Source: a virus
Length of the DNA stretch: 64,000 nucleotides
Reading direction: 5' to 3' (one strand)
Virus record (IMG/VR): IMGVR_UViG_3300009194_000008
Span: 34,859 to 98,858 of that record
Position numbers and translations under genes: made by a program. Shown here one piece after another: positions 1 through 8,210 of this stretch. Under the pieces are notes generated by a model that searched no databases, had not been told where the DNA came from, and worked only from the letters and a program-made list of their open reading frames with translations. Positions within the stretch are counted from its first letter, which is position 1. Every line of letters starts with the position of its first letter.

Positions 1-1
1 T

Positions 2-1906
2 CTGTTAGGGCGTCACAACGTGTCAATGGAAGCCGCAGCCAAGGGCATGACCCCCGAGCAGATCGATGCGTTGTATGATCGTCCTAAACAGCAGGCGCAA
101 ACCACCCACACGGTGATCCCTCAGGGATACATGGATCGTCCCTCCGTCGGCCATCCGATGGTCATGAAACTGCCCATCGAGTCAGTGATTCCGGTCCACG
201 TACCGGGACAGCCAGAAGAACACATTGGCTACTTCGTGATGATCGACCAGAACGGTCGTCCGGTGGTGCGTGATGAGAACCGGGATTACTACGGAGAACT
301 GCGGACCAGCTTTAGCTCCAATACCCAGGACAACACCTCGGAACTGGTGCGTCAGACCAAGGAAGCCATGGGCGGTGTCCAACCTGATAACAGCCAGGAT
401 ATCGACCAGATCCATCAGGCGTATGCGGCGATCATCGAGAACGATCTGATCAACCGACTACGTAACGGTATCTACCAGGAAGAGTTTGAGGTAGGCACCA
501 GCGATGAGATCTATCGGATCATGCTGCATCGCTCCCTCAAGGCCCAACAGACGCAACTGTTGTATATCCCGGCCGAGTTGATGACCTACATCGCCTTCGA
601 CTATAACGACCGGGGGATTGGTCAGACGTTGTTGACCCAGTCCAAGATCCTGTCGTCGATGCGCAGTGTGTTGTTGTTTGCTGAGACCATGTCTGGGGTG
701 CGTAATGCCGTGGGACGTAAGCGGGCCAATATCAACGTCGATCCGGATGACCCTGATCCGCAGAAGACCATCAGTGATATCCAGGCGGCTGTTCTGGAAT
801 CTGCTCACCGCGGGTTCCCGTTGGGGTCTCCTGACCCGGGTCAGACCCTGGACTACCTGAACCGGGCCGGGTTTGATTTCTCGATCAACGTGGAGTCGGA
901 TAACTACCCCACCACCAAGGTGGAGTTTGACGATTACAACACCCAGCAGCAGGCGGGTAACCCGGAACTGCAAGACCGGCTACGTCGCATGCATATCTCA
1001 GGGATGGGGATTAACCCGGAGTTGGTTGACCCGAGCCAGTCCCCGGAGTTTGCCACCAGTGTGGTCAACAACAACTTGATCATGACCCGTCGTGTGATGC
1101 GTTATCAGAAACGCTTTACCCGTCAACTGACCAAGTTCATTCAGACGTTCACGACCCACTCGTCCACACTGAAGGCAAAACTGCTGGAGGAGGTCAAAAG
1201 CAACCACAGGAAGCTGAACAAGGAGCATAAGAAACTCTCGCATGAAGAAGTGGTTGACGAGTTTATTGCCTCCCTGTCGGCCTCTCTCCCGGCACCAGAC
1301 ACCACCCGCATCGATCAGCAGCTCCAGGCGTTTGAGCAATACACCAACCTACTGGATCGGTCGCTGGAATCCTACATCACCGCTGATCTGTTCCCGTCGG
1401 AGATGCTCCAGCGCGAACCTGATGTGGTAAACCACGTCATTTCGGTGGTGCGGGCGTACTACCAGCGGTTGTGGCTGGAACGCAACAATGTCCTGCCGGA
1501 ACTGGACCAACTGACCCAGATGGATGGTAAGAAGTCCGGCTTTAACCTGCTGGATATTCAGGAGGGTCAGTTCAATAGTCTGGGTGAGGCCATCCAGTCC
1601 TATCTGGAGGGTATCAACAAGACCAAGGAGAAGTGGTCCGAGAAGTATCAGGAACAGATGGACGAAGAAGACGGGGCTGGTGGGTTTGGTGATACCACCG
1701 AAACCGACGATTTTGGTGGGTCCACGGATGACTTCTCAACAGACGACACCGGTGGTGATCTGAACGAGGAAGAAGACTTCGGAGAAGAGGAAACGGAGGA
1801 GGAGGTGGAAGAAGAAACCCCCGAATCCGAAGAAGAAACGGAAGAGGAGGAATCCGAAGAGGAAGAAGGCGAAGGTGAAAAGGACGACGCGTCCAAAAAG
1901 AAATAA
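2..1906 (+). CDS. Portal protein (phiKZ gp129 / T4 gp20-like), 5'-truncated by window edge
   Basis: Frame is open from the window start. Segments such as RKRANINVDPDDPDP and FATSVVNNNLIMTRRVMRYQKRF parallel T4 gp20-type portals. Long acidic C-terminal tail; jumbo-phage structural context. Confidence 0.65.
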   Translation: MLGRHNVSMEAAAKGMTPEQIDALYDRPKQQAQTTHTVIPQGYMDRPSVGHPMVMKLPIESVIPVHVPGQPEEHIGYFVMIDQNGRPVVRDENRDYYGELRTSFSSNTQDNTSELVRQTKEAMGGVQPDNSQDIDQIHQAYAAIIENDLINRLRNGIYQEEFEVGTSDEIYRIMLHRSLKAQQTQLLYIPAELMTYIAFDYNDRGIGQTLLTQSKILSSMRSVLLFAETMSGVRNAVGRKRANINVDPDDPDPQKTISDIQAAVLESAHRGFPLGSPDPGQTLDYLNRAGFDFSINVESDNYPTTKVEFDDYNTQQQAGNPELQDRLRRMHISGMGINPELVDPSQSPEFATSVVNNNLIMTRRVMRYQKRFTRQLTKFIQTFTTHSSTLKAKLLEEVKSNHRKLNKEHKKLSHEEVVDEFIASLSASLPAPDTTRIDQQLQAFEQYTNLLDRSLESYITADLFPSEMLQREPDVVNHVISVVRAYYQRLWLERNNVLPELDQLTQMDGKKSGFNLLDIQEGQFNSLGEAIQSYLEGINKTKEKWSEKYQEQMDEEDGAGGFGDTTETDDFGGSTDDFSTDDTGGDLNEEEDFGEEETEEEVEEETPESEEETEEEESEEEEGEGEKDDASKKK

Positions 1907-1911
1907 GCGAT

Positions 1912-1952
1912 GACATACACCACCGGACTTGAGGGTCCGGTGGTGTTATGCC
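1912..1952. terminator. Bidirectional hairpin with GACATA...TTATGCC flanks between convergent genes
   Basis: CACCACCGGAC-ttgagg-GTCCGGTGGTG stem, flanked by GACATA and TTATGCC. Confidence 0.7.
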
Positions 1953-1953
1953 G

Positions 1954-3222
1954 TTAACTGCTGGGTGTCAGACCGGGGATCTCTTCAAAGGCGATCGTGG
2001 GATCCAGATAAAGAATATGATCGGCCATGCGGTGGATCTCGTTATCAGGATCACTGGGATCGGGAACCACCGACCCTGGGGCGTAACCGCGTTGTAACTC
2101 ACCGCGGGTGGCATTGGCTTTTAGCTTGTCCTTCAATGCTCGAACTTCAGCCCGGGTCGACAGTCGGTCATAGCCTTCCAACATACACGCCAACACGCCG
2201 ACCACATATGGCGTCGAGTAGCTGGTCCCGCTACCAATGGATGCATAGTAACCGCCATCCTCGGGACGCATCGCCACCACGACATCCTGTCCAGGGGAGA
2301 CCACGTCAATGGGTGACCCAAAGCTAGTGCCCCAACCATCAAAGGTGTAATAGGGTCGGTCACGAACATTAAGACCACCACAGATAATCGCATCGGGATC
2401 GCCCTCGGCTGGAAACATCTGCACCTGATCCAGATCGAGGATACTGTTACCCGCAGGGAAACAACACGGCAAGCCGACATCAATGCAATCCGTGATCGCG
2501 GCATTGATAGTGCTGCCAAACCCACCCCAGGAACAGAACAACACACCGGGTCGATTACTGGCAGCGTTTTGTTCGTAGTCGTCCTTGATGGCCCCCATGG
2601 CGGTAATAAAGGCGACCGAACTTACCCCCTCACCCGAGCCATGGAATTTGTAGGAGTACATCTGGACTTCGCGGGCAACCCCGAAGGTTCGACCCCCGAC
2701 TGCCGAGAGACATGCTGTGCCATGACCCGTCCCATCCAGCGGTGTGTCGAGTACCCCGTCATACATCCAGGGTTGTTGAGCCCGACCCTCAAACTGATCA
2801 TGGCTCACATAGCACCCAGAATCGATCATGAAGACGTCGACGCCAACCCCGGTACGTAGGCAGGGGAACGTCGCTTCGGCCGCTGTGGTGTGGTTAGGGG
2901 CCCGCCACGGCGACTTACGACGGATAATACGAGCAGGTGCCCAGCCCCCGTGTTCGATGGTGTTGTAACCCCCCGCCATTTGTTCGGTCATCGGGGTGGC
3001 TTGCGGTTGATTGGCTTCGGGATGCAGGGGCGTATCTCCCGACTCAATGGTTTCGATCCCCACATAGTCCCGCAATGGAAAAGCGTCAGGGGTCATATCT
3101 GCGAACACAAAGAACCGGGGGAGTCCTTTGATTCGAGATGCCACCAAACCCTGCTCGTCCAGTAGCGTTTCAAATTCAGTAACCAGGTCACGTGATTTCA
3201 GCACTACAATGGTTTCACTCAT
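1954..3222 (-). CDS. Subtilisin-like S8 serine protease
   Basis: Catalytic triad motifs FMIDSG (Asp), GHGTAC (His), GTSYSTP (Ser); oxyanion AGN; N-terminal prodomain-like region. Confidence 0.9.
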   Translation of the reverse strand: MSETIVVLKSRDLVTEFETLLDEQGLVASRIKGLPRFFVFADMTPDAFPLRDYVGIETIESGDTPLHPEANQPQATPMTEQMAGGYNTIEHGGWAPARIIRRKSPWRAPNHTTAAEATFPCLRTGVGVDVFMIDSGCYVSHDQFEGRAQQPWMYDGVLDTPLDGTGHGTACLSAVGGRTFGVAREVQMYSYKFHGSGEGVSSVAFITAMGAIKDDYEQNAASNRPGVLFCSWGGFGSTINAAITDCIDVGLPCCFPAGNSILDLDQVQMFPAEGDPDAIICGGLNVRDRPYYTFDGWGTSFGSPIDVVSPGQDVVVAMRPEDGGYYASIGSGTSYSTPYVVGVLACMLEGYDRLSTRAEVRALKDKLKANATRGELQRGYAPGSVVPDPSDPDNEIHRMADHILYLDPTIAFEEIPGLTPSS

Positions 3223-3821
3223 ACGGCGACATACTCCACCACTTCAATGGCCATATAGCTGTACGGGGAGGCAAGAATATCGTTCACTACGGTACTACCG
3301 CTGACATTGACACGCAGTTCGATCACATCCCCATATTCAACGGCGATTGGAGGACCCGCCAAGGAGTGTAGGTTACTGGACCAACCATCAGTGCTCTGAC
3401 GAACGTTACTGACCGGACAACCATGAAACTCGGCATTATTCTTACGGAAACTGATATGGGCACTATGCGTATCCGTACTCGCAGTCAAACTCAGGCCAGC
3501 ATACAGACGCACCTTAGTAACCCCTTGGGGAATGACCAGTTGGGTCGGTAAGCTTAAGGTAAAAAAGCCATCGGTGTCATACTCGGCAGCGTCCCACTCC
3601 ACTACGTAGGGGAAGTCCACGTTTGACTTGATAGCATTTAGTCGTAGCATTGCCCCACGGAACGGCGTCTCGATGGTTTCGGCATTGACCAGTCCCGCCA
3701 AGGCGGTGGCGATTTTCCCAATCGTGGTTCGACGACTGTTGCCGTTTTTGACGAGGTAGATTTCTTCAGCGCCGGTAATAGGACCGACGAGATCTAAGCC
3801 ATCCAAAGATGAATCGGGCAT
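3219..3821 (-). CDS. Putative tail fibre/spike protein with C1q/TNF-like beta-sandwich C-terminus
   Basis: N-terminal fibre-type segment followed by PFRGA...VEWD...YDTDGFF...GDVIEL beta-rich domain; 4-nt overlap with the protease gene. Confidence 0.5.
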   Translation of the reverse strand: MPDSSLDGLDLVGPITGAEEIYLVKNGNSRRTTIGKIATALAGLVNAETIETPFRGAMLRLNAIKSNVDFPYVVEWDAAEYDTDGFFTLSLPTQLVIPQGVTKVRLYAGLSLTASTDTHSAHISFRKNNAEFHGCPVSNVRQSTDGWSSNLHSLAGPPIAVEYGDVIELRVNVSGSTVVNDILASPYSYMAIEVVEYVAV

Positions 3822-3832
3822 AATTACGTTCC

Positions 3833-4051
3833 TTAAATCAGCAGTGCGTCGTTACCGGTCTGCTGGGCATCGCCCGAGAGCAGTAGACGACTTTGGTTGT
3901 CAGGGTGGAGTTCATCGAAGTTGGATAACAACATGGCACCCTGAGGTGTCAGGTTATAGGTAGGTGCTTCCCAAACCACATTACCGTTCAGGGTCATCCG
4001 GACGGCAGTTTTGCCGTTTAAGGTAACACGTTCAATATCGTTTAGGTTCAT
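3833..4051 (-). CDS. Small tail-associated protein
   Basis: V.RM.LNG..VW motif typical of short fibre accessory proteins; translationally coupled to the upstream gene. Confidence 0.5.
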   Translation of the reverse strand: MNLNDIERVTLNGKTAVRMTLNGNVVWEAPTYNLTPQGAMLLSNFDELHPDNQSRLLLSGDAQQTGNDALLI

Positions 4052-4344
4052 TGATTCACCTCGATATATAACGTATCGGGATCAGCCGGTACGGGTATGC
4101 CACCGACTGGAACCACCGCAATATGTTTAAACCCACTGGCTTGGGCATACTGGGGGTGGGGATCACTCTCACCAACGTGACGGTTGACAGATTTCATCGT
4201 GTGTCCGCCCGGTGTTGCGCCGTCATGAACACGTAGTTCACGAGCTTCATGGTCGATAGTGATTTCACCACCTTCACCAGTATAAGCGTCGTTGGCTTGG
4301 GTATCCCCTCGCGAGTGTAAAAACTTTTTCATAGGGTATCTCAT
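4048..4344 (-). CDS. Mtd-N-like domain small tail protein
   Basis: RGDTQANDAYTGEGGEITIDHEARELRVHDGATPGG; HVGESDPHPQY motif. Confidence 0.7.
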   Translation of the reverse strand: MRYPMKKFLHSRGDTQANDAYTGEGGEITIDHEARELRVHDGATPGGHTMKSVNRHVGESDPHPQYAQASGFKHIAVVPVGGIPVPADPDTLYIEVNQ

Positions 4345-4392
4345 TTAACGAAGTGAATGCCATATGATCCATCCGCAACCCCATGGAAAGAC

Positions 4393-4421
4393 GACATAAA
4401 CGCCGAGCCTCAGCCCGGCGT
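4393..4421 (-). terminator. Hairpin with TTATGTC tail (minus strand)
   Basis: GACATAA followed by ACGCCG...CGGCGT, just downstream of the 4429-4821 stop. Confidence 0.45.
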
Positions 4422-4428
4422 CATTTGG

Positions 4429-4821
4429 TTAGCCGATACTACCCTGATCCAGCGTCCAACTACCGCTGGCATCACTGAAACCCATGGCTTCGAGCGTCTC
4501 GCGAACCGCAGTCTGTGCTCGGGTGTCGGTGAAGTAGAGGTTGGTGGCGCCTTCCGCCAATTCATCGGTCGTTTCAGGACCACTGCCGCTACCACCAGCC
4601 CCAGACAGGTTGATGTACGTGCTGCCTGACCAGCGGTAGAGCTGGTTGGTATCCAGAGCGACATAGATGATACCGGCATCCCCTTCAGCGGGGAAGGACG
4701 CTTGGTCCGCGAACTCCCGTACGTCATCCACATATGCCGGTAGCTGGGTATTGGGAACTTGCCCAGTGTCATCCAGTTGAGACAGGGTATAAACCTTATC
4801 CCGAATATGAAGCTTTAACAT
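4429..4821 (-). CDS. Tail fibre-related protein, shortened paralogue of 14116-14934
   Basis: QLPAYVDDV.EFAD.ASFP...YRWSGS.YI and L.EG.TNLYFTD.RA...MGFSDA.G.W.LDQGSI are shared with 14116-14934. Confidence 0.75.
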   Translation of the reverse strand: MLKLHIRDKVYTLSQLDDTGQVPNTQLPAYVDDVREFADQASFPAEGDAGIIYVALDTNQLYRWSGSTYINLSGAGGSGSGPETTDELAEGATNLYFTDTRAQTAVRETLEAMGFSDASGSWTLDQGSIG

Positions 4822-4832
4822 GAAACTCTCCT

Positions 4833-4857
4833 AAAAAAGGGTCCCCGAAGGGACCCT
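4833..4857 (-). terminator. Intrinsic terminator
   Basis: AGGGTCCC-cgaa-GGGACCCT stem with an A-tract on the plus strand (U-tract on minus). Confidence 0.75.
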
Positions 4858-4879
4858 AGCTTTATTGCTTAACTGCCTA

Positions 4880-5902
4880 TTAGTCAATCAATTCCAACAC
4901 AGGTCGCCACGCAGATTCTGAATTACCTGCGGTATTCTCAGTTTCGTTGTTAGAATACCCGACACGACGACCAATACGGTAATCAAGGCCATTTTCTGTA
5001 CGGCCTGCTTTTTCCTGCACCCACGCCTCGCCCGATCCAATGTCACCGCTTTCCAGTGACGCCCACTTGGGTTCGGTTTCATTGGGGTTCGGTCTTGCAT
5101 CGACCTTGATCATCAGACGGTCCCATTCCGAACCGACCTGACTTGCGTGGTCTTCCAGACCACGCCATGAGTCGGCATCCACGACCGGATCCTCGGTAGA
5201 ACCACTCATCAGACGTACCCGATAGTTGTGACCCCAGAGGTGGACCACACGGTTTTGGTTAACCGGATCACCATACGGGTGGGTACCGGGCCCATCGACA
5301 CCATAGACCAGGCCTTTCTGGTACAGTTCCTTATAGGTAACATCCTGAAGGACGGGTTTCATGGACATGAACAATGTCTTGCCATCCAATGAAAACTTCA
5401 ACCAACCACCATCCGGACTCGGGTTCCTCCCCTTAACACCTAACATATCGGTTAAGAGTCGATAGTCAATCAGTTGTGATTGTTCCACCTGCCCATAGTA
5501 ACCTGCTGTGGTGTCGCCTGCTACGACGGCTGAAGCTCCCGGTATGAAAACATGTTCCGGGATATCCAGAGCGACCCATCGTCCGTTCTTACGACCAAGT
5601 ACCATGTCGTTGTGTGGGTCCCGTAAGTAAGAATCATGACGCATGTATTCTTCGGGAAGGATACCATTGTCGTTGAGACCGGGTACTACCGAACCAACAT
5701 CGGCCTTATCGAACTTATAGGTCAGTTTTTGGTTGATTAATCCCGTGGTAGGTGCCTCATTGGGGAGCACCACACCACCAGGGGTCTGACCATTGTGGAC
5801 ACGCACCGTTTGGAATGTGGTGTCAAATACCATCTCTCCGGGTTCGCCCACATACGCGCCACTCTCGGGGTATGCCATGTGAGGCATGATCAACTTATTC
5901 AT
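4880..5902 (-). CDS. Tail fibre/tip protein: Mtd-N-like plus phiKZ gp131-family C-terminal domain
   Basis: N-terminal GEPGEMVFDT...RVHNGQTPGG; C-terminal GYYG.V...WLKF...YRVRL..G...SEWDRL...WVQE...WRPVLEL. Confidence 0.7.
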   Translation of the reverse strand: MNKLIMPHMAYPESGAYVGEPGEMVFDTTFQTVRVHNGQTPGGVVLPNEAPTTGLINQKLTYKFDKADVGSVVPGLNDNGILPEEYMRHDSYLRDPHNDMVLGRKNGRWVALDIPEHVFIPGASAVVAGDTTAGYYGQVEQSQLIDYRLLTDMLGVKGRNPSPDGGWLKFSLDGKTLFMSMKPVLQDVTYKELYQKGLVYGVDGPGTHPYGDPVNQNRVVHLWGHNYRVRLMSGSTEDPVVDADSWRGLEDHASQVGSEWDRLMIKVDARPNPNETEPKWASLESGDIGSGEAWVQEKAGRTENGLDYRIGRRVGYSNNETENTAGNSESAWRPVLELID

Positions 5903-5912
5903 TGATTACTCC

Positions 5913-8162
5913 TTATGCGTAAACATGGATGCTCGGCATGCGTTCTGCTTCGGGGAGATCAACCAGTTCAAGTACTGGCCGATAACCGATATCTCCGGCG
6001 ATGGTATCAACCGAAATGGTTTCAATGGCAAGCGGATCCCCTGTGTTACCACGCAGAACGGCTTCTCCAGCGGTAGAACCTAATTCCTGAACCCACTGGC
6101 GGCGCCCATCAACGCTAGTATCGAACCCGAGTTCCTCAGCCGTAAATGACCCCCAACGATCTGCTTCAGGTACATCACTACCTGACCATAAGTGACGCAT
6201 GACCATGTCCCATTCTGACCCTGCAGTTGACGCCCCATCGGTATAGGGGTCTTCATTAGTCCCAGATAAAAGACGGAACTGATATTGGTAGATCGCATCA
6301 CTCTGGTAATGAACTGCCGGATCTGTGACAACAATCTCCTTTGCCAGGATTTCATTATAGGTCACGTTTCGAGTGACTTGTCGAAGTGGCATGTAGCAAA
6401 TCTTACCTTGATAAGAATACTTTACCCACGCTACCTCTCGGGGTGGTTGATCAACACGGTCACTGTAGGACTTACGGAGATCGTAAATATCACCTAATGA
6501 AAAAAGACTAATGACCGCCTGTGTATCCAAGAAACCGTAGAACCCAAACTCCGCGTCGCCTTTCTGTAACACTGCAGGACCAACACCTGTTGCCGGTACC
6601 GGGAAATACGAGTGAGGATCAAAGGGTCGAGAAACCGGCGCGGCATTAAATGTCTGTTCAGGAACCCCGATACAACCTGACCAATTTTTCCCCCACGTCC
6701 GTATTTCGCCGTTCATTAGCATGGCGATGGTACTATAGTGGTCATTACGCACCCAACGTACTCCCGACATAATAAACGTCGGTGAACCTGTACCACTAAT
6801 GTTATCATCTTCGGTGTAGGTGTCCGTGGTCGGGTCATACCCCCAAGAACCATCACCAACTTCAGCCCAGTAGTTGTGTCCCCAGCCATAGAGGTCGCCG
6901 TTCTTGGTGATGGCGAAGTACGCGCCCTCAAAACCCGTTACAACATCAACGACGTTCTTACCCATGAGGAAAGGGGTGGGGTTGTGGAAATACTGTGCCC
7001 TGTCCCATCCATCAGTATCGGCCGTCTCATCGCCTGGGATGGTCCCAAAAATATAGGCGTCACCGTTGGTTTTTACGGCAACAAATCCGGTCCAATCACC
7101 TATACCGGACAAGAAGTCCCAGTCATTGTCATTTCCCAGGCGCTCCCAAGTCATACTGAGGCGGAATTCCGTGACCGTGTCCTGCTCCCAACCGGTATCT
7201 GTCTCACCGGCATAATACAGATAGCCTTGCTCGTCAATCAGTAGACCGACGTAACTACCGAAAGCCATGCGGCGTTTAGGAGTTGCTTTTGGAGCACTAC
7301 TCACCAGAACCGGGGTGTAGGCATCTTCTTCGTGTCCTTCGCCGGTGGCAGACCCATAGTAGTTATACCCCCAACTATAAATGTTACCCGTGTTGGATAC
7401 AGCATACCCACGCCAATAGAGGCTATCCACATAAACGACGGGTTCGGGAATGGGTAGGAGGGTAGGAATTGGATCGTTCCCGGTTTCTGTTTCACGCCCA
7501 ATTGCACCCATCGAATCATCACCCCACGACCATAAAGTGCCGTCAGCTTTGATACCGAAGGATGCGCCATATTCTCCAGCATGGACGAAGGTCCAGTCAT
7601 CGCCAGGGATTACCGTTTCAGGCGGCCAGATAATTTCTCCCGCACGGTCGCTAGGGATGCCGTACTCGCCTTCGTATTCTTCTTCACCTGCAGTCCAGAT
7701 ATGTCCTTCCGTATCGAGCGCCATCAGTCCAGATGACCATGGGTCTGAGGTCACCATTTTGAACCGCTTTTCGGGCATGATTTCGACATACCCGTTAAAC
7801 GCTACGTCCCAGAACGAACCGGTAACGAAGAGGCGACCGTCATCGTCAATATAAGCGCTGTGGTATTCAGCTACTGCTGCTTGATGATGGTGGAGGTGGT
7901 AGGAAGGCTGTGAAAGTGATACGGGGGTAACGGCTTCACCACCTTCTACTTGAACCCACTCCCCGTCTTTACGTACATAGGCCACCCCATCCTTGGGTGC
8001 TTCACTGGGGATGGACGTTCCACCGGGCGTATTACCGTCATGAAGACGGAGCTCACCCACGTCGGTGTCAATACTCAATGTCCCGTCTTCCCCCGTGTAG
8101 AACTGGTGTTCAATACCAGTACCACGAGGGAACTTGGGTGTGTTGGGTTTATCGTTTGCCAT
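5913..8162 (-). CDS. Tail fibre protein: Mtd-N + RCC1-like propeller + gp131-family C-terminal domain
   Basis: RLHDGNTPGG; RCC1-type repeats (IKADGTLWSWG, TGNIYSWGYN, KNGDLYGWGHN, GEIRTWGKN); C-terminal SEWD...WVQE...GYRPVLEL. Confidence 0.75.
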   Translation of the reverse strand: MANDKPNTPKFPRGTGIEHQFYTGEDGTLSIDTDVGELRLHDGNTPGGTSIPSEAPKDGVAYVRKDGEWVQVEGGEAVTPVSLSQPSYHLHHHQAAVAEYHSAYIDDDGRLFVTGSFWDVAFNGYVEIMPEKRFKMVTSDPWSSGLMALDTEGHIWTAGEEEYEGEYGIPSDRAGEIIWPPETVIPGDDWTFVHAGEYGASFGIKADGTLWSWGDDSMGAIGRETETGNDPIPTLLPIPEPVVYVDSLYWRGYAVSNTGNIYSWGYNYYGSATGEGHEEDAYTPVLVSSAPKATPKRRMAFGSYVGLLIDEQGYLYYAGETDTGWEQDTVTEFRLSMTWERLGNDNDWDFLSGIGDWTGFVAVKTNGDAYIFGTIPGDETADTDGWDRAQYFHNPTPFLMGKNVVDVVTGFEGAYFAITKNGDLYGWGHNYWAEVGDGSWGYDPTTDTYTEDDNISGTGSPTFIMSGVRWVRNDHYSTIAMLMNGEIRTWGKNWSGCIGVPEQTFNAAPVSRPFDPHSYFPVPATGVGPAVLQKGDAEFGFYGFLDTQAVISLFSLGDIYDLRKSYSDRVDQPPREVAWVKYSYQGKICYMPLRQVTRNVTYNEILAKEIVVTDPAVHYQSDAIYQYQFRLLSGTNEDPYTDGASTAGSEWDMVMRHLWSGSDVPEADRWGSFTAEELGFDTSVDGRRQWVQELGSTAGEAVLRGNTGDPLAIETISVDTIAGDIGYRPVLELVDLPEAERMPSIHVYA

Positions 8163-8178
8163 CTCTGTTCTCCTAAAG

Positions 8179-8204
8179 AAGAGCGCCCCTAAAGGCGCTC
8201 TTTA
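8179..8204. terminator. Intrinsic terminator-like hairpin
   Basis: AAGAGCGCC-cctaaa-GGCGCTCTT with A/T-rich flanks. Confidence 0.6.
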
Positions 8205-8210
8205 TTGACA

